Positions 42,983 to 51,355 of a DNA stretch of 64,000 bases are shown here, piece by piece (position 1 is the first letter of the stretch; each line of letters starts with the position of its first letter). A program made the translations under genes and the position numbers. Under the pieces are notes generated by a model. The model saw only the letters and a list, made by a program, of their open reading frames with translations. It was not told where the DNA came from and made no database searches. The stretch comes from a virus. The stretch is taken from the UHGV virus genome UHGV-1351068. One strand, written 5' to 3'.

Positions 42983-44451
42983 TTTATTCCTGTTGCCTCA
43001 GTAAAGTTAACACCAAACGCGGCTTCGAATGTATTAGCCACTTCTTTATCATATCTACGCTGTTTAATGATAGGTAAGAATAATCCTACTGTACCATCAT
43101 CACGGCCTTCAGCAGTTACCCAACCATTGCATTCAAGTTCCCAGATAGTTCCTGGAAGAGAATCTCTAATTTTCCATAGATGAGTACGGTCAAGCTCATG
43201 CAGTTCTTCGGGCTTATCTTTAAGACCTGACCCAGCGTTAACACGAATACGACCACATTCTGATACGAACATTAAGCCGCCCATTTTACCAGGTTGTTTC
43301 CTATGCTCGTATGAACCGACACATTTCAAATCTACGGTGATAACCTCTTTAAATTTAACGAGGTTCTTAGAACGCTTATCTTCCCAATAAGCACCGATAT
43401 TCTTAAGGATAATACCTTCGAGACCTTGGTCTACGTATGTCTTATAGATAGCCCGAGCTTCATGGATGTTATGTACGACATGGTTTTCAATTAGAATAAC
43501 CTTGTCATAGCCTTTGCTCATCATTTCCAGTGCACGGAAGCGTACATCATAAGCAAATCCAGGAACTTTACCTTCGGAATATACTACATCAAGCGGAACA
43601 TAATCCCAAACTTGGAATCTCATACCTTCTGCTTCTTCGGCAGAGATTGTTCCTTTAATGGCCTTATTAGCCAAGCCGTTTGATTCTGTACGAGCCGTCT
43701 GTTGGAATTCCTTAGCTTTACTTAGCTCAGGAAGCTCAGGCTCTTTAAACATATCAAACAGGTCGTTTTCTTCTTCTTTCACTTCGACATGATATACCAG
43801 CTCGCCGTCAATCATCACACCGTTAGGATGGCGTTCGCGGGCTTCTTTGGTCATCTCGATAAGTTGACGCTTAAGTTTATCTAGACCCAGGTATTCATTA
43901 CCGGAACGAGTAAGAAGAGTTACATCATCTAAATCATCTCCGCGGATTTCAGCGAAGCATCGAGCTCCATCGGCTTTAAGCTGAGCAAACGCAGGGAACT
44001 TAATATACGATAGCGCTTTCTCAGAATAAGCTGATGCTAACATCTGTGGCATCTCAGGAATTAACTTCTTCCATACCTTATTAGCAATAGAACCTGAAGC
44101 GCCGCAACGCATATCTTTAAGAAGAACCCGTACCAGTACACTAGCATCACCCTCATTCATCTTAGAGAGCAAATCTACTAGCCCCTGGATTGCCATATTA
44201 CCAGTAAGTACTCGTGCTGCCAGAATGTCTTGGAGGTAATCTAGACCATCAGAAAACGTCTTTGAAGGAACATTTGGATATTTAACGGGAGTATATTCTG
44301 GAACTTTCTTAATAAAGAATTTAAATCGCCCGGAATACGCCAGCAGATAAGCTCGTTTTAAATCAACGTTATCTTTATTGTCAATAAGAATTTGGGTTTT
44401 AGCTTTAGAACCCTTAGCATCTTCAATTGCTTTGATGATATCAAAAATCAT
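42979..44451 (-). CDS. 30: ATP-dependent DNA ligase gp30
   Basis: 490 aa (T4 487); adenylation motif KADGARC. Confidence 0.9.
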   Translation of the reverse strand: MIFDIIKAIEDAKGSKAKTQILIDNKDNVDLKRAYLLAYSGRFKFFIKKVPEYTPVKYPNVPSKTFSDGLDYLQDILAARVLTGNMAIQGLVDLLSKMNEGDASVLVRVLLKDMRCGASGSIANKVWKKLIPEMPQMLASAYSEKALSYIKFPAFAQLKADGARCFAEIRGDDLDDVTLLTRSGNEYLGLDKLKRQLIEMTKEARERHPNGVMIDGELVYHVEVKEEENDLFDMFKEPELPELSKAKEFQQTARTESNGLANKAIKGTISAEEAEGMRFQVWDYVPLDVVYSEGKVPGFAYDVRFRALEMMSKGYDKVILIENHVVHNIHEARAIYKTYVDQGLEGIILKNIGAYWEDKRSKNLVKFKEVITVDLKCVGSYEHRKQPGKMGGLMFVSECGRIRVNAGSGLKDKPEELHELDRTHLWKIRDSLPGTIWELECNGWVTAEGRDDGTVGLFLPIIKQRRYDKEVANTFEAAFGVNFTEATGIK

Positions 44452-44657
44452 TATTCACCTAATTCTTCTGAAAGTTCGCTTACGCTACGATGATAAGTTA
44501 ATCCATCGATATAAACAAACCCGTTATTGATGCATTCATTCCAAATCGGGCACGATTTTGCTTCACGCCAAATTGGATTCCAACGATAAAACTGATTAAC
44601 ATGGCCATAATCACATGATAACCAACGTTTACCCACCTTAGTATGAACTACAAACAT
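44451..44657 (-). CDS. hypothetical Cys-rich small protein (68 aa)
   Basis: Start ATG 44657 after SD AGGAGG (MFVVHTKVGKRWLSCDYGH..); stop overlaps ligase start. Confidence 0.5.
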   Translation of the reverse strand: MFVVHTKVGKRWLSCDYGHVNQFYRWNPIWREAKSCPIWNECINNGFVYIDGLTYHRSVSELSEELGE

Positions 44658-44698
44658 ATTTCCTCCTAGGGTATGGCTATTATACCATACCCAGATTG

Positions 44699-45541
44699 TT
44701 AGCAATTAATTTGGTGGTTATCACATGTAATACGACCGTTATTCCACCAGTCGTTTCCAGGAGGAACATGCGGACCAGGACTAAACGGAATGATAGGTTG
44801 TTTCCACCAATCTCCTGGAACTTGTCGTGGAGGCCAATTAAAAGGATGTTGCTCTTTACGAATTTGGTCTTTGATAGCTTCTTCCCACAATCCAGAAAGA
44901 GACTTCTGCGGTTTCTTAACGGATTTCAGAGATTCCAGGCAAGTTACAATTTGATGCCAATCTTCAACCATAATTCCAGGAGCAGTCACTGAACCTTCTC
45001 GCTCACCACGAGGCATATAAAACACACGAGTTTCAGTGTCTTCAAATACTTTGCTGGCCGCAGCAATATGTTTAGGCAAATCATCTACATAGCAGACGAT
45101 GCGATCGCCGTATTTTACTTTAGCCTTTTCCAGTAAAGCATCTTTAGATTCATCATAATCGCAGACCATGATTTCTGTAAATGCATCAGGGAACAAAGCA
45201 TTTAGATTGAAACGACGATTAAGGTTAGCATCTACTGAGTTACCAAGAGCCGTGATAGCGACAAAATCGTATTTTTCTTTGAGCTTATTAACTGTAGCTA
45301 AAGCATCAGCATACGGAGCAAGATAACGAATAAAATCGCTGTTGTTGTACTTCAGAAGCAGCTTAACAGCCAGTTCTTCTTCACAATCAAACAGCTCAGC
45401 GGGTTTAATGAATTTTTCAGTAGTCATCATATCAAGGATATGCTCTACCGGAAGATTATATTTTTGGGCAAAATAAGGCAGACCACTTTGCCACTTAACG
45501 ATGATTCCATCAACATCGGTTGCGATTACTGGCTTTGACAT
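44699..45541 (-). CDS. HAD-superfamily phosphatase/nucleotidase-like protein with Pro/Trp-rich C-terminal tail
   Basis: 280 aa; HAD motif I IATDVDGII (DxDG), downstream D-D motif VCYVDDLP; about 50-aa tail WPPRQVPGDWWKQPIIPFSPGPHVPPGNDWW. Confidence 0.5.
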   Translation of the reverse strand: MSKPVIATDVDGIIVKWQSGLPYFAQKYNLPVEHILDMMTTEKFIKPAELFDCEEELAVKLLLKYNNSDFIRYLAPYADALATVNKLKEKYDFVAITALGNSVDANLNRRFNLNALFPDAFTEIMVCDYDESKDALLEKAKVKYGDRIVCYVDDLPKHIAAASKVFEDTETRVFYMPRGEREGSVTAPGIMVEDWHQIVTCLESLKSVKKPQKSLSGLWEEAIKDQIRKEQHPFNWPPRQVPGDWWKQPIIPFSPGPHVPPGNDWWNNGRITCDNHQINC

Positions 45542-45735
45542 TCGGGGAAATTCCTCAATGCTTGTTTAAATTTGGCAACGCTATTTGCGGCACCGGTGAA
45601 ATTGAACCAGATTAACCCTGGAGTGTCCGAGGGTTCTATATCAATTAATTCTATATTATAATACTCAGCAGTCTTTAGCATTTCCCTGGTGATACGTCGG
45701 GCAACCATATGACCGAAATGAGGATTAATAGACAT
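45526..45735 (-). CDS. hypothetical protein (69 aa)
   Basis: ORF in tightly packed co-directional cluster, overlapping neighbours. Confidence 0.4.
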   Translation of the reverse strand: MSINPHFGHMVARRITREMLKTAEYYNIELIDIEPSDTPGLIWFNFTGAANSVAKFKQALRNFPECQSQ

Positions 45736-45925
45736 CGTCGTTAGCAGCCCTTAACTGAGTAATTGGATAAAGCTCGGATTCTGCATGGATTGAACGATTG
45801 CCATCAACCCAATTAACTTCATACCACGGTTCAACTGAGTAGGCTTTAATGGCTGGAGCCGTATCACACACAACTCCAGGAATTCCATTTGCTAATCTTA
45901 CTGTACTGAAGATATGATATTTCAT
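45725..45925 (-). CDS. hypothetical protein (66 aa)
   Basis: ORF; start overlaps stop of upstream small ORF (ATGA). Confidence 0.4.
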   Translation of the reverse strand: MKYHIFSTVRLANGIPGVVCDTAPAIKAYSVEPWYEVNWVDGNRSIHAESELYPITQLRAANDDVY

Positions 45926-46092
45926 GCATCAAGCCTCACTGCCCATTCAGGCAATTCAAAGAAATCCGGAGCATCAATTTCATACTCAACGGTGTGTTGT
46001 TTAACATCAGCTGACATGATATCAACCATTGGGTGGTTTTTCAAGCCGCAAGAAAAAATACCAGCTTTAGATTTAGGCACGGATACAATCAT
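45922..46092 (-). CDS. hypothetical protein (56 aa)
   Basis: MIVSVPKSKAGIFSCGLKNH..; SD GAGGA 7 nt upstream; below track cutoff. Confidence 0.4.
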   Translation of the reverse strand: MIVSVPKSKAGIFSCGLKNHPMVDIMSADVKQHTVEYEIDAPDFFELPEWAVRLDA

Positions 46093-46102
46093 GTTAATTT
46101 CC

Positions 46103-46381
46103 TCAAAATTTAGTTATGAATTTTTCTTTCGGCATTTTGGCATTTGAGCCATCACCGTCAGAATACCCAATTGGCATAGTTGCATTAATGAATTCAATCT
46201 TAGCATTTATAACATTAATGCTCAGAGAATCTACGCCATCAACCATACGAAATTCAGGAGGGCAATACTTATCAATGTATGCTTTCACGCCATTTTTATT
46301 AGCAGGTGTACCATCGCGGGTATCGCTGATAATGGTTTCAACTTTTTTCTTTCGTGAATCATAGAAAGCTGATACAATCAT
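46103..46381 (-). CDS. hypothetical protein (92 aa)
   Basis: ORF in cluster. Confidence 0.4.
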   Translation of the reverse strand: MIVSAFYDSRKKKVETIISDTRDGTPANKNGVKAYIDKYCPPEFRMVDGVDSLSINVINAKIEFINATMPIGYSDGDGSNAKMPKEKFITKF

Positions 46382-46393
46382 TTCAATTTCCTC

Positions 46394-46882
46394 TTAAAAC
46401 GGGCGAATATTAACGTGAACCACAGGGACAGCAAAAGGTTGCATGATTACAACTTTTGTGTCTTTAGTTGCATTCAGGCGTTGTACTTTTGCAAGATTAA
46501 CAGCTTCTTCCTTTGTCAATCCACCTTTGTAGGTATCATTTCCTTTATTTGAGGTCCAAACACCCCAATCATTGCTTCCATCGTCGGTCTTCGGTTCAAG
46601 TTCTTTGTAGATGGTTTCTTCAAAATAATGCTGAAATTCTTGATTAGTAATAATACACCACATGTGAGAAAAGCGAACTTCATCTACACTAACGCGTTTG
46701 CATTCTCCATCTGGCTTAATGATTTCAAATTCAACTAATCCGGTATTTTCCGCATATTTAAAGGTTCTGGTAATTTTAATCGGATTATTACCGATTTGCT
46801 CAAAAACACCCTTGATAAGAGCTCCTGGAGACAAGCTTGGAGTCTTTTTAAGCTTATAGAATTTACCTTTTTCCATTATCAT
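46394..46882 (-). CDS. hypothetical protein (162 aa)
   Basis: ORF preceded by UUCG hairpin 46896-46909. Confidence 0.5.
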   Translation of the reverse strand: MIMEKGKFYKLKKTPSLSPGALIKGVFEQIGNNPIKITRTFKYAENTGLVEFEIIKPDGECKRVSVDEVRFSHMWCIITNQEFQHYFEETIYKELEPKTDDGSNDWGVWTSNKGNDTYKGGLTKEEAVNLAKVQRLNATKDTKVVIMQPFAVPVVHVNIRPF

Positions 46883-46915
46883 TTCCTCAATAGTGGGGCC
46901 GAAGCCCCGAGTTAG

Positions 46916-47275
46916 TTAAAACTTGATTTCGTTTGAAACGATATCCCAGATTGCTTCACGTTGTTCTTCGGTTGTTTTACGACCGAGGATGTGGCGCAGA
47001 TAAATTTTAACAAGCAGCTGACGATTTGTGTTCCAAGACGGATGTGAAGATAAATCACGTTTACGAACTTCATCATGGAATCCAACTTTGATTTCAGAAC
47101 CGTTGAACTGAATATCCAGAGTAGGACCATTTTCAAAGCTGAAGAATACGTAGTTATCTTCCCAGTACATATCGATTTGAGCTACTGTGCCGTTGTTGTG
47201 TTCCCACAGCAAAGTAGTAGAAACGTCCCAAGCATTGTTCTGTACATATTTGCGGTTGAAGTTAGTGAAGTTCAT
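46916..47275 (-). CDS. hypothetical protein (119 aa)
   Basis: Start ATG 47275 (MNFTNFNRKY..) after SD GGAG; early-promoter repeat unit upstream. Confidence 0.5.
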   Translation of the reverse strand: MNFTNFNRKYVQNNAWDVSTTLLWEHNNGTVAQIDMYWEDNYVFFSFENGPTLDIQFNGSEIKVGFHDEVRKRDLSSHPSWNTNRQLLVKIYLRHILGRKTTEEQREAIWDIVSNEIKF

Positions 47276-47280
47276 TTTTA

Positions 47281-47350
47281 TTCTCCGTAGTTTGTTTATC
47301 TGTTTGGGTGGTACAGGTCTATAGTAACCCAGACCACCCAAGAAGTAAAC
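47281..47350 (-). repeat. early-promoter/5'-UTR repeat unit (GTTGTTTAC-N18-TACTATAGACCTGTACCACCCAAAC..GGAG-ATG)
   Basis: 28-mer gtttgggtggtacaggtctatagtaacc identical to copy at 48303-48330; sigma70-like -35 GTTTAC (47345-47350) and -10 TACTAT. Confidence 0.5.
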
Positions 47351-47368
47351 AACTTTTATTCAAAAACT

Positions 47369-47878
47369 TCAGACATTTTTCACCTCTACAGTTTTTACAG
47401 TTTTTACTTCTGCAAATCCGATGCTTTTAAACAGTTCATACTTGGTAGTTTCTGGAACGATATCGGTTAGCTCAAGGATGATTTCTTTTGCTTCTTCCAG
47501 AGTAAAGATGCTTCTTCCGTCCTTAACGACCGGTGCTGGTTTAATAGCAGCTGATACTTCAAAAACCACGTAGCGGTCAGTAGTACTTTGATTTTCAAAC
47601 GCTCCTATTTGCACAACCCGTCCTTCTTCTAACTCGTGAGAAGAAAATAAGCATGACAGAGACCGGTCATATTCATCTCCTATGGTTTTTGCCGAAATGA
47701 TTTTACCAGTTTCGGTTTTAATCTTAACAACCCGGCCCAGCGAATCAAGTTCTAATGGCGTCCAGCCTTGAACTCCAACAACGGTGGCAATGAGATAGTT
47801 AATTGTGTTCTTAGCGTCTTTCCATCTACGGTAAGTTTCTGGGGAAATGCAATATACTCGGTTTTTGCTGTAATTCAT
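47369..47878 (-). CDS. hypothetical protein (169 aa)
   Basis: ORF; UUCG hairpin 47891-47904 upstream. Confidence 0.5.
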   Translation of the reverse strand: MNYSKNRVYCISPETYRRWKDAKNTINYLIATVVGVQGWTPLELDSLGRVVKIKTETGKIISAKTIGDEYDRSLSCLFSSHELEEGRVVQIGAFENQSTTDRYVVFEVSAAIKPAPVVKDGRSIFTLEEAKEIILELTDIVPETTKYELFKSIGFAEVKTVKTVEVKNV

Positions 47879-47918
47879 TTTGATATCCTCAAAGATGGGG
47901 CCGAAGCCCCAGTCAAGA

Positions 47919-48287
47919 TTACTGTTTAGTCCAATTATCCATGTTTAATTTACCAACCTTTTTCATTTGTTCAATTAAAGCATCGGCACGATTACGACCA
48001 TTTTCATACCAGGTTACATCTTCTGAGTAACCGTCTTCTTCATCTGTGTAGGTTTCAGAACGAATACGACCAACAACTGGAGTGTTCAGAACATATACAG
48101 AACCTGTGAACCAGTTTGTTAAAGTGATATGCCAGCAGAAATCATCTGATGGACCGTCCGGTGTCATGCATGGAACGATATCACCTTGAACTTTAGACAA
48201 AATCCACATTTTCTCATGGACAGTTTGAGCTTTGTAACCGTCATGGTCTTTAGTCTTGATAGTTGCGTTCAGGTTGATGGTATTCAT
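47919..48287 (-). CDS. hypothetical protein (122 aa)
   Basis: SD GGAG; early-promoter repeat unit upstream. Confidence 0.5.
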   Translation of the reverse strand: MNTINLNATIKTKDHDGYKAQTVHEKMWILSKVQGDIVPCMTPDGPSDDFCWHITLTNWFTGSVYVLNTPVVGRIRSETYTDEEDGYSEDVTWYENGRNRADALIEQMKKVGKLNMDNWTKQ

Positions 48288-48353
48288 TTTATTCTCCGTT
48301 GTCCGTTTGGGTGGTACAGGTCTATAGTAACCTTGTTGAACTTAGAAGTAAAC
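48288..48353 (-). repeat. early-promoter/5'-UTR repeat unit, second copy
   Basis: Same architecture and identical 28-mer; directly downstream of terminator 48373-48403. Confidence 0.5.
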
Positions 48354-48372
48354 AACTTTTTTCATTCTGCGG

Positions 48373-48403
48373 AAAATAAAAAAGGGACTCCCGAAGGAGT
48401 CCC
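48373..48403 (-). terminator. terminator after small basic ORF (minus strand)
   Basis: Minus strand GGGACUCC-UUCG-GGAGUCCC + UUUUUAUUUU. Confidence 0.6.
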
Positions 48404-48408
48404 TGAAC

Positions 48409-48615
48409 TTATGCTTTCGGCTTACCAAAACGAGAAGCATCATCGCGAAGAACCGCACGAGCCCGACGCATGATTTTCTCAACCGTCTGATTGATACGCT
48501 TGTTCGACCCACGCTTGTAGCCAGCGCGTTTAGAGGTACCAACAACTTCTTTTACTGCAGTTTTTGCTTTAGCTTGTTTAGCCATTTTATCATCTTCCAT
48601 TTTGGAGAAATACAT
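48409..48615 (-). CDS. small highly basic (Lys/Arg-rich) protein
   Basis: 68-aa ORF MAKQAKAKTAVKEVVGTSKRAGYKRGSNKR..; strong rho-independent terminator immediately downstream; about 340-nt GC-rich leader upstream. Confidence 0.45.
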   Translation of the reverse strand: MYFSKMEDDKMAKQAKAKTAVKEVVGTSKRAGYKRGSNKRINQTVEKIMRRARAVLRDDASRFGKPKA

Positions 48616-48954
48616 GGGAGCACGTTCTTCCGAGGTTCAACTTCTTTCGACAGTTCTTTCGGTTGTAGCTCCCGCAAGCCCTCAAGGGGGTACGTTTAAA
48701 CTCTTATCTGTTGCACACCGTTAGCTTAAAGGTTCCGGGTCCGATTTATCGGGGATAAGATATACACCGATGGATGTATAGGCCTTGAGGCGTACTCCCG
48801 ATTGGCCATCGCCTCGGGGTAGCATGCACTTGCCGTTTATTTTCTAGCTGCACTTTGGTAGCAAATCACCGTTGGTTTCGGGTGTTTTACGTGGGGATAA
48901 CCAACAACGTCCACATCATACGTTACCCATGCGTACACATGGTGGGCGTACAAA

Positions 48955-49218
48955 TTACTTCAGCGTTACCACAAAGTGGCGAACAGCTTTGCGAGCAGCA
49001 GAACCAAGATGCTTAGCATACTTCAGTTCGTCCATCGCTTCTAAAGTATCACGAAATTCAGCTTGTGCTGGGTTCAGGTGTTTAAACCCTTTCAGAACTT
49101 CCAGTGTTTCTGCATAGATATCGATTGAAGCACCGTAGTTTTCGTGACCGGAATTCCATGCATTACGTTGGAGTTCCAGAGCTTTAGTAAGTTGTTTGTT
49201 CATTGAATCGTTCCTCAA
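48955..49218 (-). CDS. rIII: rIII lysis-inhibition accessory protein (by position and size)
   Basis: 87 aa (T4 rIII 82) immediately downstream of gene 31 on same strand as in T4. Confidence 0.5.
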   Translation of the reverse strand: MRNDSMNKQLTKALELQRNAWNSGHENYGASIDIYAETLEVLKGFKHLNPAQAEFRDTLEAMDELKYAKHLGSAARKAVRHFVVTLK

Positions 49219-49318
49219 ATGAGGTTAAAATTTGGTGGACGGTAACCGAGGTTTAGCTCGGGCATCCACCGCGTAGAATTGCTCGGGTAACTAATTGTCC
49301 GACGCCCAATTCATATTA

Positions 49319-49642
49319 TTATTTATATACGCATGCAAGGGACTTATAATGACAAGTCACAAACTTCTGCCGAATTTCTTTGGGTTTCTTCACACCTGCT
49401 GCTACTAACGGATGAGGTACGTTTCTGATATTACCAACAGGCAGTGGAGTCAAATCACCGACTTCAACAAATCCTTTCGGTACATCATCACCGATAGAAT
49501 AGATTTCACACATATCCGGCAGTTGTCCTTGTTCTTCTTTTCCAAGAATAATACCGGAAGGAGAAACAATTTCATCACCTTGCTGTGCAGGTTCAGATAC
49601 GAGAATTACATACTCGCCTAGAGCTTTAATTGGAAGTTCCAT
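49319..49642 (-). CDS. 31: co-chaperonin gp31 (GroES analogue)
   Basis: [22 protein letters not shown].. and C-terminus [10 protein letters not shown] closely match recalled T4 gp31. Confidence 0.85.
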   Translation of the reverse strand: MELPIKALGEYVILVSEPAQQGDEIVSPSGIILGKEEQGQLPDMCEIYSIGDDVPKGFVEVGDLTPLPVGNIRNVPHPLVAAGVKKPKEIRQKFVTCHYKSLACVYK

Positions 49643-49699
49643 GTGTTACCTTTATTGTTTGACCATGTAGTTATATTAACATGGTCAGTTTAAAGCAAA

Positions 49700-50008
49700 T
49701 TACTTACCGATCATCTGCTGCAGATGCTCAACTTTCATACCATTTACCGAGATCAGTTTATCAAAGGTAAATGAGCGCCAACCTTCTTTCTCAGTATCAT
49801 ATACAGGAAGTGAAGTAGTGCTTTCTGCTCGAGCAGATTTAGTAGTGCTTTCTACCAAATCAGATGGAATAATGTCTTTATCACGAGTACAGCGCAGAGT
49901 ACGAATAGTGCCATCAGCTTTTTCAAACACAATCTGGGATTCGCCCATGCTCAGCACAGCCTTCAGAGTTTCACGAATATGGATGTTTTGTTCAGTAGTC
50001 AGTTTCAT
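49700..50008 (-). CDS. hypothetical protein (102 aa)
   Basis: ORF between cd cluster and gene 31. Confidence 0.45.
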   Translation of the reverse strand: MKLTTEQNIHIRETLKAVLSMGESQIVFEKADGTIRTLRCTRDKDIIPSDLVESTTKSARAESTTSLPVYDTEKEGWRSFTFDKLISVNGMKVEHLQQMIGK

Positions 50009-50205
50009 TTTGATGTCTCTTTAATAGTTTTGATAATTACAGATTTGCGCTTGGATAATTCTTTTAATAATCGAACTGCTTGATCTTCAAATTTAAATGT
50101 TGCTAATGGTTTCCATTTAAACCAATACCGGCGTTCTACTGAGTATGATATAACAACATCACCACTTAGGTTAAGTTTATTAATTTCAACAATTCTAAGT
50201 TTCAT
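50005..50205 (-). CDS. hypothetical protein (66 aa)
   Basis: ORF, overlaps neighbours at both ends. Confidence 0.4.
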   Translation of the reverse strand: MKLRIVEINKLNLSGDVVISYSVERRYWFKWKPLATFKFEDQAVRLLKELSKRKSVIIKTIKETSK

Positions 50206-50774
50206 TATTCAATTCCACAGAATTCTTTAATGTTATACCAATTCAACTTATCCAAATTACGTTTTGGAACATTGAACACCTCGATTCCAGCAGAACGAAG
50301 AATATCGTCCCAACCGGGTTCGTTCTTGTCGTATGTTTCGCAGTATACTAATTTTTTAATACCAGACTGAGCGATGGCTTTTGCACAATCTGGACATGGA
50401 GACAGTGTGACATACATTGTTGCTCCATCAATACTACTGCCGTTCCGGGCAGCAAAAAGAATAGCATTAAGCTCAGCATGGATTTCATTGACTTTAGACC
50501 ATGCAGAGTGGGCTGCTCGATGTTCTTTGAGCAATCCGACTTTTTTGACTTGGAATCCGTCTTGACGCAATCCCGTAGATTTGTAAGGAATTTCACCAAT
50601 CCAACCTTGTTCTGCTGCATGGTCACAACAGTTCACACCACCAGAAGGTGAACCGTTATAGCCAGTAGAAATAATTCGTCCGTTCTTTTCAATTACTGCG
50701 CCGACTTTCCACGAGCAGCATTTTGACTCTTGAGATACGAGATACGCAATTTGTAGTACCGTCGACGCTTTCAT
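50205..50774 (-). CDS. cd: dCMP deaminase
   Basis: 189 aa (T4 193); zinc-binding cytidine/dCMP deaminase motifs HAELNAI and PCPDC. Confidence 0.85.
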   Translation of the reverse strand: MKASTVLQIAYLVSQESKCCSWKVGAVIEKNGRIISTGYNGSPSGGVNCCDHAAEQGWIGEIPYKSTGLRQDGFQVKKVGLLKEHRAAHSAWSKVNEIHAELNAILFAARNGSSIDGATMYVTLSPCPDCAKAIAQSGIKKLVYCETYDKNEPGWDDILRSAGIEVFNVPKRNLDKLNWYNIKEFCGIE

Positions 50775-51119
50775 TTAAATCACCAGATAAGTTGTGTTAT
50801 TTGTTTTAACCAATTTTAACTCGTCAGTAGGAGAAGCAAAACTCTCTACTCGAGAAGTACGAACACCAGTACCATCAGGAAATGGATGATTTCCTCGTTC
50901 AAGAACATCGGAAAAGACATAACCATAAAGAGGTTGGCCTTCCTTAACATCAACGTTACTGTACAAAATAGCATCATATTCTTCGCGTGGAATTGACCAA
51001 ACACCTTGGTCAGAACCAATAACAGCACTGATCAGCCGAATACCATTTGGGCTGATTTCTGCTTTAATGCCACGAGCATGTTCAATTAAAAGAGCTTCTA
51101 CCGCTTCACGTAAAGTCAT
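50775..51119 (-). CDS. hypothetical protein (114 aa)
   Basis: ORF in cd-pseT interval. Confidence 0.45.
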   Translation of the reverse strand: MTLREAVEALLIEHARGIKAEISPNGIRLISAVIGSDQGVWSIPREEYDAILYSNVDVKEGQPLYGYVFSDVLERGNHPFPDGTGVRTSRVESFASPTDELKLVKTNNTTYLVI

Positions 51120-51355
51120 TAGATATGTCCTAAAATGTTAGTCATTTCAACTTGGCCTGTTCCGGTTAAAGCCAATTGAGTGTGTTGATTGCTCTTTCCA
51201 TTATTAACTGTAATGATATAAGCATCAGCATAGTTAAAGGATGACTCTTCGACGAGAGTCACTTTACTTCCAGGAACCCGGTTTGCTACTTCCTGTGCGA
51301 AGATTTTAACCTTCGAAATAAATTCATCATGCGAAAATTTAGCGTCAGACAACAT
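51119..51355 (-). CDS. hypothetical protein (78 aa)
   Basis: Track ORF 51119..51505 trimmed to ATG 51355 whose ATG overlaps the stop of the upstream ORF (ATGTTGTCTGA). Confidence 0.4.
   Translation of the reverse strand: MLSDAKFSHDEFISKVKIFAQEVANRVPGSKVTLVEESSFNYADAYIITVNNGKSNQHTQLALTGTGQVEMTNILGHI

Noticed and set aside
44671-44690. Inverted repeat GTATGGctattataCCATAC between ORF 44451..44657 and the HAD gene
   Set aside because: Six-bp arms only; it could be an operator or RNase III site, but a single short IR in AT-rich DNA is not statistically remarkable.
45914-46364. Plus-strand ORFs 45914..46147 and 46116..46364
   Set aside because: Antisense to the densely packed minus-strand small-gene cluster (56-aa and 92-aa ORFs with SDs); no promoter or SD on the plus strand.
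48616-48954. tRNA, group I intron or CRISPR in the GC-rich island
   Set aside because: No T-loop (GTTCRANYC) and acceptor-stem combination fits a cloverleaf. No interrupted host gene for an intron. No direct repeats with spacers; no CRISPR-like array anywhere in the window.
48872-49117. Plus-strand 81-aa ORF overlapping rIII
   Set aside because: Antisense to the rIII homolog, Arg/Ser-rich low-complexity translation, no SD.
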